Assembly: GCA_018821305.1 (NCBI GenBank) | Contig: JAHJMN010000046.1 | Coordinates: forward strand, 15,894-79,893 | DNA length: 64,000 nucleotides | Reading direction: 5' to 3' | Source: Myxococcota bacterium | GTDB lineage: Bacteria > Myxococcota_A > Polyangia > HGW-17 | Shown: in pieces, positions 45,420 through 54,634 of the stretch | How positions within the stretch are numbered: position 1 is the stretch's first letter | Layout of the letters: every line of letters begins with the position of its first letter | Program-made: the position numbers and the translations under genes | The notes under the pieces: generated by a model | What the model was told of the DNA's origin: nothing | The model's database searches: none | The model's input: only the letters and a program-made list of their open reading frames with translations

Positions 45420-46616
45420 TCATTTTGAAAGAATTCGGGGCAGGCGGATGATTGTTTCGATTCGGTTTGCGAGTTGATTAAGTGGAACCTGCTCCGACGA
45501 GAGGCCTGCATTATCCACGGCGGCGGGCATCCCATAAACAGTGCATGTTTCTGCCGATTGGGTAATGACCCAGCAACTTCCAGTATTGCGGATAAAAGCG
45601 ACGCCATCTCGACCGTCTGCTCCCATTCCCGTCATTACTACAGAAAGAATGTTATTCCGATAACTTGTTGCAGCGGAACGGAAAAGTACATCAACGCTGG
45701 GGCGACAGCTGTTTTCTGGCGGATCCATGTTCATTCTCAAAAATCTCCGTCCATCGCCATCAGGCACGGAGACTGTCATGTGTTTTCCCCCCGGAGCAAT
45801 ATATATAAACCCAGGTTTAACTTCAGTGCCTTCAATACCTTCAACCACAGTGAGCGAAGATTTTTTATTAAGTGAATCCGCCAGTGAAGCAGTAAAAAGC
45901 GGAGGCATATGCTGGACGAGAAGAATTGGCACCGGCAGATCACCGGAGAATCTGGGGACTACTTCCGCCAATGCATTGGGCCCTCCGGTGGAAACGCCAA
46001 TGACAACAACATCTATTTTTATTGGGTTGTTTTTAACAACGGGCCTGGGAATTTCTCTTGACATCGGAGTTGAAATCACTCCCGTGGGATTTCTAAGGGC
46101 AGTTCTGATGGGCGTTCTTGAAACCGGAGCACTTTCACGGGGTGCAGTTCTCGCAGTGCCACCAACAGTTGACGGCGGTGTGCTTTTTGCCGGCCGTGTT
46201 GATTTTACCTGTCTTGACGTGAAAACGCTGATAACTCGAGTTATCTGTTCTTTTAGATAATCTTTATTTTCCTGAACATTATCACTGTCAGGTTTTACTA
46301 TGAAATCCAAAGCCCCTAACTCAAGGGCTTCCAGTACTATTCCGGCGTTGTGTTTTTGAGGTGAGGAAACCATCACGACGCCTTTATCAGGATAGCTGTC
46401 CTGAATCGCCTTCAGGGTTTCGATTCCACCCATTACGGGCATTTCCACGTCGCATAAAACCATATCCACATTGGCTACCGCAAGGCGTTTAAGAGCCAGA
46501 TCACCGTTTGATACTGTTGCCACAACACTGGTATTATCAACGGTATCAACAACTTCCTTAAGGATTTTCCGGTATACAACTGAATCATCGACGATCAGTA
46601 TATTTATAGGTGCCAT
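45420..46616 (-). CDS. cheB: chemotaxis response regulator protein-glutamate methylesterase
   Basis: Receiver domain 'ILIVDDS..DMVLCDVEMPVMGG', a long Pro/Thr/Arg-rich linker, and the CheB esterase 'VIGVSTGGPNAL' and 'MTGMGADG'. Confidence 0.88.
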   Translation of the reverse strand: MAPINILIVDDSVVYRKILKEVVDTVDNTSVVATVSNGDLALKRLAVANVDMVLCDVEMPVMGGIETLKAIQDSYPDKGVVMVSSPQKHNAGIVLEALELGALDFIVKPDSDNVQENKDYLKEQITRVISVFTSRQVKSTRPAKSTPPSTVGGTARTAPRESAPVSRTPIRTALRNPTGVISTPMSREIPRPVVKNNPIKIDVVVIGVSTGGPNALAEVVPRFSGDLPVPILLVQHMPPLFTASLADSLNKKSSLTVVEGIEGTEVKPGFIYIAPGGKHMTVSVPDGDGRRFLRMNMDPPENSCRPSVDVLFRSAATSYRNNILSVVMTGMGADGRDGVAFIRNTGSCWVITQSAETCTVYGMPAAVDNAGLSSEQVPLNQLANRIETIIRLPRILSK

Positions 46617-46643
46617 TACAGAAAATATCTCCCAGCAGATCCT

Positions 46644-46682
46644 ATATCGAAGAAAAATAGCAACAGTTTAGGAATTTTTGTT
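46644..46682. promoter_or_regulatory. 39-bp conserved upstream box, copy 1 (ATATCGAAGAAAAA.AGCAACAGTTTAGGAATTTTTGTT)
   Basis: It is near-identical to 47600-47638. Both copies lie upstream of lipoprotein genes on the + strand. Confidence 0.5.
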
Positions 46683-46770
46683 CCTTTTAACAATTTCTGT
46701 AATGTCCTATCCATTTTTTAAGGTAAAATATCATTGATTATTTTTACCTTAACTAAACGAGGTCTGATTT

Positions 46771-47565
46771 ATGAAAACAATATTCTTAATGATTTTAAGC
46801 TCTTTGACTTTAGCGTCATGCTACGCATTTATGGAAGATGGATGCTGCTGGTGCGGGGATAACAGTATTGATGGAGAAGAAGAATGTGAAGAGTATATTA
46901 TAACAAAGACCTGCCAGTCATTTGGATTTTTTGGGGGGCAATTGAAATGCAGTGATGAGTGTAAATTTGACACCTCGGATTGTTATTATGAGGAAGATGT
47001 TGTCTGTGGCGATGGTCAGATAATGGTTGGCGAAATTTGTGATTCGGATAATCTTGACGGTAACAGTTGTCATTCGCTGAATCTTGAGTTTGAAGGGGGA
47101 GTGCTTGCATGCAATGAAACATGCGATGGATGGGATTTTTCAGGTTGTTATGATTTTCACTGTTATCTAAATGAAGAAATTGAAGAATTCGTTCATGGTG
47201 ACTTTTGTGACGATATGACTACTCAAAAATACAACCCAGTAGATTGTTTTCCCGATGGAGCAGCCGGTGAAGAAAGGATTTTTCCTATCAGTATTGAACC
47301 TGGATTTGAAATCATTATTGAGGCCAGAGCGGCATATGATTTCGTACTGTATTTAATTGAGAACTGTGAAAACACTTCAGGAACCAATTGTCTTGCAGCT
47401 ACTGATTTGAATACCGAGTATCCGTTCACTGAAAGTATGATATTTTCGAATACTGGTGAGGAAACAATTCAATACATTCTGGTAATTGATATCAAGAATA
47501 AGAAAAGATGTGATTTTGACGGATTTTATTATCGTATCGATGTAAATAAACAACCAATTCAATAA
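46771..47565 (+). CDS. lipoprotein with two Myxococcus-type Cys-rich repeats and a PPC-like C-terminal domain
   Basis: Lipobox 'LTLASC', then 'CGDNSIDGEEECEE..C..FGFFGGQLKCSDECKFDTSDC' and 'CGDGQIMVGEICDSDNLDGNSC'. The C-terminal beta-rich domain resembles a pre-peptidase C-terminal domain. Confidence 0.7.
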   Translation: MKTIFLMILSSLTLASCYAFMEDGCCWCGDNSIDGEEECEEYIITKTCQSFGFFGGQLKCSDECKFDTSDCYYEEDVVCGDGQIMVGEICDSDNLDGNSCHSLNLEFEGGVLACNETCDGWDFSGCYDFHCYLNEEIEEFVHGDFCDDMTTQKYNPVDCFPDGAAGEERIFPISIEPGFEIIIEARAAYDFVLYLIENCENTSGTNCLAATDLNTEYPFTESMIFSNTGEETIQYILVIDIKNKKRCDFDGFYYRIDVNKQPIQ

Positions 47566-47599
47566 AATAAATATTTTTAAAGAGGGATTTATATCGTTC

Positions 47600-47638
47600 A
47601 TATCGAAGAAAAAAAGCAACAGTTTAGGAATTTTTGTT
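47600..47638. promoter_or_regulatory. 39-bp conserved upstream box, copy 2
   Basis: See 46644-46682. This copy lies 59 nt upstream of the 47697 start codon. Confidence 0.5.
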
Positions 47639-47696
47639 TTTTTCCTTTCGTATATTGTACTAACTTTATTCAGGGGCTTTCCCCGGAGGTTTTTAA

Positions 47697-48998
47697 ATGT
47701 TTTTCAAGAATCATTTGAGTCTGTTGATTTTATTATCTTTTATATCATTGTCCTGCAAACCTGCGGAACCCTCACCGACGGTTAAAAAAGATAATAACTG
47801 GCCGGGAAATTCGCTGGTTTCCGGTGAAGCGATGCCTGATAATCCAGTAAATACACTTAATTCGACAGAAAAAGACACGGAAGACCGCTATTATCAGGAT
47901 CCCACAGATCCCAACGATCCCAACGTCAAGCTCGTGCCGAAAATAAAAAAACTCTGGACTTCAAAAAAATCATTTCCCCAGTACTCCACTGGATTGTCCC
48001 GCATTGCTTTGCAACTGAAAAAATTCAAAGGTAAACCTGTGGAAGCCGGTTCCTTGAGCTCTTTAGCGGCAAAATTCGGAATTGTCAGTCCCTGGATGGC
48101 CCAGAGCAACGTTGTGGCATCGGGATACGAGGAAGAAGATTTCGTAAAGAAAATCGCCGAGGTCTTAACGGCGTTTGCGGATAAGAATGCGGTTACTCAC
48201 TACGGTTTTGCCATCATGGATATTGATGATAAAGGGAAAAAAGTTTTAGCTGTGCTCATTCAGACCCGGAAAATTACTCATGAAAAGTTCTATAAATGGG
48301 TCAATCTCGGGGAAAAGATCTATATGAAGGGAACAATGGATCCCGATGTTTCAAAACTGGAAGTTCTTATTACTCTTCCGGACGGCCGAATCACCAGAAC
48401 TCCAGTAAAAACGGAGAAAGGCACGTTTAAATTCGCACTTAATATGTGCCGCGCCAATTCCTGGAAGGGCAAATACAGTATCGAACTCATGGGGCGCGAC
48501 AGTGGTGGGCCTGTTGTTCTGGCAATTTTCCCTGTGGCCTGCCTCAAGGAATCCTGGACTTTTGAAAACCGTGTCGTTCAGATGGTTATCGATGATAAAA
48601 TGACACCGGCAGAGTTTTCAAAGAAGGTTTTTGAATCTGTCAATGAATACCGTAAGAAAAATAAACTCAAACCCCTTGTTTGGGACAAAACCCTCGCATC
48701 AATAAGTGAAGCTCACTCCATTGAAATGTGTAAAAAAGGCGACATCTATCATGTAAGTCCTGTGACGGGCAACCCCGCAAACCGTGCAAAGAAAGCAGGG
48801 CTCAAGTCCACTCTCGTGGCGGAAAACGTGGCCATGGGGCCAACAACTACTTCCGTTATGAACGGCTGGATACGTTCCGAAGGTCATCGCCTCAATCTGC
48901 TTTTAAAAGATGCCAGATACGGTGGAATCGGGGCCTGTATGACTAAGGCCGATGGTAGCGTGACCTGGTATGCAACATACATGGCCGGCACCTGGTAG
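47697..48998 (+). CDS. CAP/SCP (YkwD-like) domain lipoprotein
   Basis: Lipobox 'ISLSC'. The C-terminal 'NEYRKKNKLKPLVWDKTLASISEAHSIEMCK ... VAENVAMG ... GWIRSEGHRLNLL' fits the CAP domain. Confidence 0.7.
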   Translation: MFFKNHLSLLILLSFISLSCKPAEPSPTVKKDNNWPGNSLVSGEAMPDNPVNTLNSTEKDTEDRYYQDPTDPNDPNVKLVPKIKKLWTSKKSFPQYSTGLSRIALQLKKFKGKPVEAGSLSSLAAKFGIVSPWMAQSNVVASGYEEEDFVKKIAEVLTAFADKNAVTHYGFAIMDIDDKGKKVLAVLIQTRKITHEKFYKWVNLGEKIYMKGTMDPDVSKLEVLITLPDGRITRTPVKTEKGTFKFALNMCRANSWKGKYSIELMGRDSGGPVVLAIFPVACLKESWTFENRVVQMVIDDKMTPAEFSKKVFESVNEYRKKNKLKPLVWDKTLASISEAHSIEMCKKGDIYHVSPVTGNPANRAKKAGLKSTLVAENVAMGPTTTSVMNGWIRSEGHRLNLLLKDARYGGIGACMTKADGSVTWYATYMAGTW

Positions 48999-49096
48999 AA
49001 ACGCTGTTTACCGTCCTTGACTTGTCATTTGCCGAAAATTCATCGTTTGATTATCAATTGAGTATAAAAAGTAAATCAGAAGGGAGTAATCAACTC

Positions 49097-49888
49097 ATGA
49101 ATACTTTTATTTACGAAAAACTCATTCCTACGGTTATGGATCACATCGAAAAATTCAATGAGGTAAAATCTCACCAATGCATGAAACAGAAACTTCATTC
49201 AGTTTTCGAAACGGTAAGACTGATGGTTCCGCATTGGCACCGCGAAATTGAGACTGTCACTGGTATTACGGGAGAAGATATGGTATCAAAGTTTGATGTT
49301 TTCCAGCGGACAATGCGTGATCGCGGATGGATTGAAACGGACGAAATCATTAAATCCGGGATCAGCGTCGGTAATGCACTGGAACTGGGTCACGGACCCG
49401 GTTACGTTGGTCTTGAGTGGCTTCGTAAAACGGATGGTACTCATCTCACAGGGCTTGATATCAGTGCTGTCATGACTGCTATGGCTCGGCTCAATGCTGA
49501 GCAGTACGGTCTTTCCGGAAGAACTGAATATGTCACTGGAGACGGTATAAGCTTTCCTTTTGAGGACAATACTTTCGACGCGGTTTTTTCCACAGGCTCT
49601 TTGCATGAGTGGGAACATCCGGAAATTATTTTCAATGAAATTCACCGGGTATTGAAAACCGGGGGCCGCTGGTTTATCGGTGATCTGCAGAGGTTCATTC
49701 CACCCTGTGTGAAAGCATTGATTTATATGAAAACCGAGCAGCCGGAGATCAAAAAAGGTTTTCTTACAAGTGTAAATGCTGCCTATACAAGTCGTGAGCT
49801 CAAAAATCTCCTTTCTTCTTCTCGTCTGGCACCCGGGAAAGTTAAATGTGGGCTGATTGGACTGAGCGCCCGGGGTATTAAATCTTGA
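49097..49888 (+). CDS. class I SAM-dependent methyltransferase
   Basis: The ATG at 49097 has AGGGAG 10 nt upstream. Motif I 'ALELGHGPGYVG' and motif post-II 'FDAVFSTGSLHEW' are present. Confidence 0.8.
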   Translation: MNTFIYEKLIPTVMDHIEKFNEVKSHQCMKQKLHSVFETVRLMVPHWHREIETVTGITGEDMVSKFDVFQRTMRDRGWIETDEIIKSGISVGNALELGHGPGYVGLEWLRKTDGTHLTGLDISAVMTAMARLNAEQYGLSGRTEYVTGDGISFPFEDNTFDAVFSTGSLHEWEHPEIIFNEIHRVLKTGGRWFIGDLQRFIPPCVKALIYMKTEQPEIKKGFLTSVNAAYTSRELKNLLSSSRLAPGKVKCGLIGLSARGIKS

Positions 49889-50014
49889 AGTTCTGAAACT
49901 CTTCTCTTTTCTTCATTTACAACGTTCATTACTTTTATTACCATCCGCTGATTTTGTATTTTTGCGATTTTTAATTGTTGTGCCTTCGTTTCGAAAGGCA
50001 GACAGGAGAGATAT

Positions 50015-51697
50015 ATGGCAACGGATCAGGAAAAAATCATTTATTCGATGAAGGGCGTAACCAAGACTCACGGTCAGAAAACCGTGCTCAAAGATATATG
50101 GCTTTCGTATTTTTACGGAGCAAAAATCGGAGTCCTGGGTTTAAACGGCAGCGGCAAAAGCTCGCTCCTTCGTATCTTAGCTGGTGTTGACAAAGATTTC
50201 ATTGGGGACACCGCCATCGCCGAAGGTTTTAAAGTCGGATACCTCGAACAAGAGCCACTGGTAGATGAAGAACGCACAGTTATTGAAGTCGTAAAAGAAG
50301 GGGTAGCTGAGGCCACGGCGCTTTTAGCTGAATTTGACGAAATCAATATGAAATTCGGCGAACCCATGGACGATGATGAAATGAATGCCCTCATTGAACG
50401 GCAGGGTGAAGTTCAGGAAGAACTGGATCGAATCGGGGCGTGGGATCTGGATTCGAAACTCGAAATGGCTATGGACGCATTACGCTGTGCCGCCGCAGAA
50501 ACCCCGGTGAGCATACTTTCCGGTGGTGAGCGTCGCCGCGTTGCTCTTTGCCGCCTGCTCCTGCAAAAGCCCGACATACTGCTTTTAGACGAACCTACAA
50601 ACCATCTGGATGCGGAAACCGTGGCATGGCTGGAGTCTCATCTTCAGAAGTATGAAGGTACAGTCATTGCTGTAACCCACGACCGTTTCTTCCTCGATAA
50701 TGTTGCGGGCTGGATTCTCGAACTTCACAAAGGCGAAGGCATCCCCTGGAAGGGAAATTATTCATCCTGGCTTGAGCAAAAGCAGGAAAAACTCAAACAC
50801 GGCAAGTCACAGGACAATGTATTCGTTCAGACCCTCGAACGGGAACTTGAGTGGCACCGCATGAGCGCCGCTTCTCAGCATGAAGCCTCCAAATCTCGTA
50901 TCTCAAACTACGACGTTCTTCTTCGGCAGGACAGTGCTCAGAAAATGAATGAAATGGAAATTTTCATTCCACCGGGACCCCGGCTGGGCAAATCCGTAAT
51001 TGAAGCTACGGGCATCAAAAAAGGGTATGGCGATAAGGTTTTGTTTGAAAACCTGAGTTTCTCCCTGCCTCCCGGCGGCATCGTGGGCGTCATCGGCCCC
51101 AACGGAGCCGGTAAAACTACTCTTTTCAAGTTGATAACCGGTCAGGAAGAATCGGACGAAGGCAGTTTTAAAATGGGCGAGACGGTTAAACTCGCATATG
51201 TGGATCAGTCCCGGAGCAGCCTCGACCCCGAAGCAACAATTTTTGAAGCTATTTCAAATGGATCCGATACGGTAACGCTCGGAAACCGTGAAGTAAACGC
51301 CCGGGCTTACTGCTCCCGTTTCAATTTTGCCGGACAGGATCAGCAAAAACTTGTGCGTCTGTGTTCCGGTGGAGAGCGCAACCGCATTCATCTCGCAAAT
51401 ATGTTGAAAGAAGGTTCCAACGTCATTTTATTGGACGAACCCACTAACGACCTTGATATCAACACCCTGCGGGCTTTAGAAGAGGCACTTCAGAAGTTTG
51501 CGGGTTGCGTTGTGGTCATCAGCCACGACCGCTGGTTTTTAGACCGCGTGGCCACTCATATTCTGGCCTTCGAAGGGGAATCTCGAGTCACCTGGTTTGA
51601 CGGCAACTACACAGAATACGAAGCTGACCGCAAAAAACGCCTTGGATCCGCCGCCCTCATTCCCAAACGAATAAAATACCGCCAACTAACAAGATAG
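50015..51697 (+). CDS. ettA: energy-dependent translational throttle ABC-F protein EttA
   Basis: The N-terminus 'IIYSMKGVTKTHGQKTVLKDIWLSYFYGAKIGVLGLNGSGKSSLLRI' closely resembles EttA. There are two ABC cassettes with signatures 'LSGGERRR' and 'CSGGERNR'. 560 aa. Confidence 0.93.
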   Translation: MATDQEKIIYSMKGVTKTHGQKTVLKDIWLSYFYGAKIGVLGLNGSGKSSLLRILAGVDKDFIGDTAIAEGFKVGYLEQEPLVDEERTVIEVVKEGVAEATALLAEFDEINMKFGEPMDDDEMNALIERQGEVQEELDRIGAWDLDSKLEMAMDALRCAAAETPVSILSGGERRRVALCRLLLQKPDILLLDEPTNHLDAETVAWLESHLQKYEGTVIAVTHDRFFLDNVAGWILELHKGEGIPWKGNYSSWLEQKQEKLKHGKSQDNVFVQTLERELEWHRMSAASQHEASKSRISNYDVLLRQDSAQKMNEMEIFIPPGPRLGKSVIEATGIKKGYGDKVLFENLSFSLPPGGIVGVIGPNGAGKTTLFKLITGQEESDEGSFKMGETVKLAYVDQSRSSLDPEATIFEAISNGSDTVTLGNREVNARAYCSRFNFAGQDQQKLVRLCSGGERNRIHLANMLKEGSNVILLDEPTNDLDINTLRALEEALQKFAGCVVVISHDRWFLDRVATHILAFEGESRVTWFDGNYTEYEADRKKRLGSAALIPKRIKYRQLTR

Positions 51698-51698
51698 T

Positions 51699-51850
51699 CC
51701 TTCGTGCTGAAATTCAATTTTTGTCAAAATTGAGCATGTTTACGAAAACATGCTATTCAGAACACTTTAATAATTTCAAGGCCTTCATTCTTAATGTCCT
51801 GTGTCCAAATTTGATGTAAACTTGAAAAGATCGTATTACATGACATTAAC
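51699..51850. repeat. ~150-bp TGTCCTG/CAGGACA-family element (subtype 3) flanked by a 12-bp direct repeat
   Basis: It is about 90% identical by eye to the reverse complement of 2896-3055. TAACAAGATAGT occurs at 51687-51698 and again at 51847-51858. Confidence 0.85.
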
Positions 51851-51924
51851 AAGATAGTTCTGCGTCCTTCCAACTTTTCAGTGGATTAAATTCGACCCAT
51901 TCATTATTATCAGTAGAAGTCTTT

Positions 51925-52962
51925 ATGTCCAAGTCTTTTAAAGGAGTTGAAATGAACGCACTATTCTCTAAAGGCATACTTTTAATTCGAAAAGGTCACC
52001 TGGTAACGAAGACATTGGTTCGGTTATTGATCGTCATCGTAGCCGCCGGTGGCATGGTAGCCTGCTCTAGTGATGACGGGGCGAATAACAACAACGGTGG
52101 CAACACCGCCCGCGATCCCGAGCAGTACACTCCCGATCAGGCGAACTGGGACACGTTTGCCACCAAACCGGTTGAAGGCGGCAACACTGGCCACGATCCC
52201 GATGGTGTCAGTTGGATCAGCGCAGATGACTGGGCCGCTTCCGAGTGGGACGGGACGATCTACAACCCGTCGAAGATGTCCCCTGAAGAGTTCGTCAACG
52301 CACTCTGCCCGAGCGTGGATCGCTTAAGGGGGATCCGTGAGGTCTTCTACCTACACAACCCCTTCGCGGATGTCAACAACCCAACCAAGGCCGAGGTCGA
52401 CGAGTGGCACCGCATTGCCATCAACCACCTGCGTGCGCTCATCGGCTACACAAGCGATGACCGCCAGGTGAAGAAGGATCATTGCATGTTCGCCCGGGCC
52501 CTCTGGGGCGACGAGAGGAAGTTCACAGACATGTGGGATGCCGAGTATCCTGGGGAGCTCGGCTCTGCCGCCGGCCCCTGCCTCGGTTCCAGTAACGCGC
52601 ACTGTGGCTCGACTTTCATCCCGAGCCAGGATGACCAGGCTGACTACCTCCCAGATGGGCATCCGGGTTGCAGCATCGAAGCAGGTGCCGAGGGTGTCTT
52701 CAGCGGACCGAAGTCTAATATCCCATGGTCGCTCAAGTGGTCACGTGGCTTTTGCAACACGCTCATCGCCGAGGGGTTCTGGGGCGGACACGTCGGGCCC
52801 TGGTTCCACCGCGAGAAGTTCGGCTTCAGTTTCTGGGATAACGACCCAGAAAACAACAACAACAATGCCGTGCTCCGCGCCAAGTGGTCCGGAGAGTTGA
52901 TGCCCAGCCTGTACTGCAACCCGGCAGAGCCCGACTGCGACCCGGACGCGACGGGTCCGTAA
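51925..52962 (+). CDS. hypothetical lipoprotein, markedly GC-rich gene
   Basis: It has a lipobox-like 'AAGGMVAC' and an Asn-rich linker. The start codon is uncertain (51925 or 51952). The composition is clearly higher in GC than the neighbours, and several long shadow ORFs overlap it on both strands. Confidence 0.7.
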   Translation: MSKSFKGVEMNALFSKGILLIRKGHLVTKTLVRLLIVIVAAGGMVACSSDDGANNNNGGNTARDPEQYTPDQANWDTFATKPVEGGNTGHDPDGVSWISADDWAASEWDGTIYNPSKMSPEEFVNALCPSVDRLRGIREVFYLHNPFADVNNPTKAEVDEWHRIAINHLRALIGYTSDDRQVKKDHCMFARALWGDERKFTDMWDAEYPGELGSAAGPCLGSSNAHCGSTFIPSQDDQADYLPDGHPGCSIEAGAEGVFSGPKSNIPWSLKWSRGFCNTLIAEGFWGGHVGPWFHREKFGFSFWDNDPENNNNNAVLRAKWSGELMPSLYCNPAEPDCDPDATGP

Positions 52963-53025
52963 ACTTGGGTCTGCACCGATGACGGACGCGTTCTTTATGC
53001 CTTCCCTCAAAGCTTTCCCGTAAAA

Positions 53026-53090
53026 AAACAGGGAAACAGGGAGACAGGGAAACAGGGAGACAGGGAGGCAGGGAGGCAGGGAAACAGGGG
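53026..53090. repeat. 8-bp tandem repeat (RRRCAGGG) x8
   Basis: CAGGG recurs at 53029, 53037, 53045, 53053, 53061, 53069, 53077 and 53085. It lies in a convergent intergenic region. Confidence 0.9.
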
Positions 53091-53170
53091 AATCACGCAG
53101 GCGTAAATGATCACCCCGGTGAATCCGAACGCGATGCTTGATCCGCGGATCAATGATCAAATCTTCTTTT

Positions 53171-54619
53171 TTACAGGGGGTCGGTGCATTCGGGGTCGCT
53201 ACTTTCGCAGGGGCTGATTACTATGGTGAAAGGCCCTGGTTTGGGGCCGCTTGAACTCACGAAGGTGTCGGCGATGATCCACCATCTACCGGCGCTGAGG
53301 GTTCCGGTGATCGAACGGTCGTTTCTCGCGCGGCACATGGGAGAATCAATGTCTGGTGCAGTGATGTGGATATCAATATCCCCGGCAGCGTCATCAAAAA
53401 CAAAAATGCGCAGAGGCGTATCCTGAGTCAGAACCAATTCGTAAAAGTATTCCGGTCCGCTTTCGTCCTGACCGGAGTCACACTCAGGATAGGAATCGAT
53501 ATAACTGCCCGTAAGTTGAGATGTATCTCCATGATGGGAAAAGGGAAGAGCATCGACGATGATGGGATCTGCAGGCGTGACTCCTGTCTGCTGGAACCAG
53601 TCGTTTGTGAGGTCTCCGGATTCTTCGTTTAAAATCGTGTAGCGGCGGATGTAATCCAGAGCGATCATGGTTTGCAGATTTCGGTTATTATAATTGTATT
53701 CAAGGCCACCGGCGGTAAAAACGCAGGGTTGAGCCGTTGTTTCCCGGTAAACGTTTCCGTGGATTCCATCGGAAAGGAGTCCGTGGTCTGCCAGAGGATC
53801 CGAGAGAAAAATCATATCGATATAGGGAACCTGATACTTTTCCGCCAGAGCTCTTGTGACATCATTGTAGACTTTAGCCCAGCGCGCCGCACTTACGCTG
53901 TCTGAGCGAGGATTAAGACCCGTGATAACTGGAACTATTCCCAGGGAAATAGCGTGTTCGATTAAGGTGGTCATATTTGAAACAAAAGGGAAAAGTGCCG
54001 TAAGGTAGGTGGTTCCCATCCCCATATCGTTGGTACCGTAATTGATAATTGCGTATCGGGGATTAAGAGCAGCTACTTCCTGATCAAAGGGACTTGGATC
54101 TCCGGACATAACCCAGGATGCCGTACGTCCCACCATGGCCGCATACGTAACTCGATCAAATGGCGTAGTATCAACCGCCGAGATGCCGCGGTAATATAGA
54201 ATGGAATCCATGAGATCCGTGTGAGTGTCGAGATCTAATGTCCAACTGCCACCGGAAAAGCAGTGCAGAAGGTTGGTACTTACCGTTCCCGACGCTCCAG
54301 CTTTCATGAAAACGCCTTCCGTCGTCTGGGAGTTTGAAGCGATGATGTCTTTCATAGTCTGCACGGTAAATGGGGTGACGGGAGACAGGGCCCGACCGCT
54401 GCGATATCTCACGGGCTCCAATTCATAAGATCCATCAGAAGCATCGGAAGCGTCCGAAGCGTCAGAAACACCACAGTCAAAAGTATCTGTGATATCCACG
54501 GCATCGACAATATCGGTTATATCAGAGCCACTATCTGCGTCTGTTCCGGCATCCTTTGTGATTTTCGTCGTGTCCTCGCATGCAAAGACAAATAAAAAAA
54601 GAATAAAAAATATTTTCAT
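53171..54619 (-). CDS. SGNH/GDSL-like hydrolase lipoprotein with PPC-like C-terminal domain
   Basis: Lipobox 'FVFAC'. 'AIINYGTNDMG' is the GDSL block III-like GxND, and 'LSDGIHGN' the block V DxxH. The C-terminal beta domain resembles a pre-peptidase C-terminal domain. Confidence 0.55.
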   Translation of the reverse strand: MKIFFILFLFVFACEDTTKITKDAGTDADSGSDITDIVDAVDITDTFDCGVSDASDASDASDGSYELEPVRYRSGRALSPVTPFTVQTMKDIIASNSQTTEGVFMKAGASGTVSTNLLHCFSGGSWTLDLDTHTDLMDSILYYRGISAVDTTPFDRVTYAAMVGRTASWVMSGDPSPFDQEVAALNPRYAIINYGTNDMGMGTTYLTALFPFVSNMTTLIEHAISLGIVPVITGLNPRSDSVSAARWAKVYNDVTRALAEKYQVPYIDMIFLSDPLADHGLLSDGIHGNVYRETTAQPCVFTAGGLEYNYNNRNLQTMIALDYIRRYTILNEESGDLTNDWFQQTGVTPADPIIVDALPFSHHGDTSQLTGSYIDSYPECDSGQDESGPEYFYELVLTQDTPLRIFVFDDAAGDIDIHITAPDIDSPMCRARNDRSITGTLSAGRWWIIADTFVSSSGPKPGPFTIVISPCESSDPECTDPL

Positions 54620-54634
54620 AAAGCGCCTATTTTG

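Noticed and set aside
52070-53160. Five overlapping 85-139-aa ORFs on both strands (52070..52327, 52351..52662, 52538..52900, 52644..52976, 52741..53160)
   Set aside because: Shadow ORFs are expected in a locally GC-rich segment. They overlap the 345-aa lipoprotein ORF, which has a signal peptide. None has recognisable motifs.
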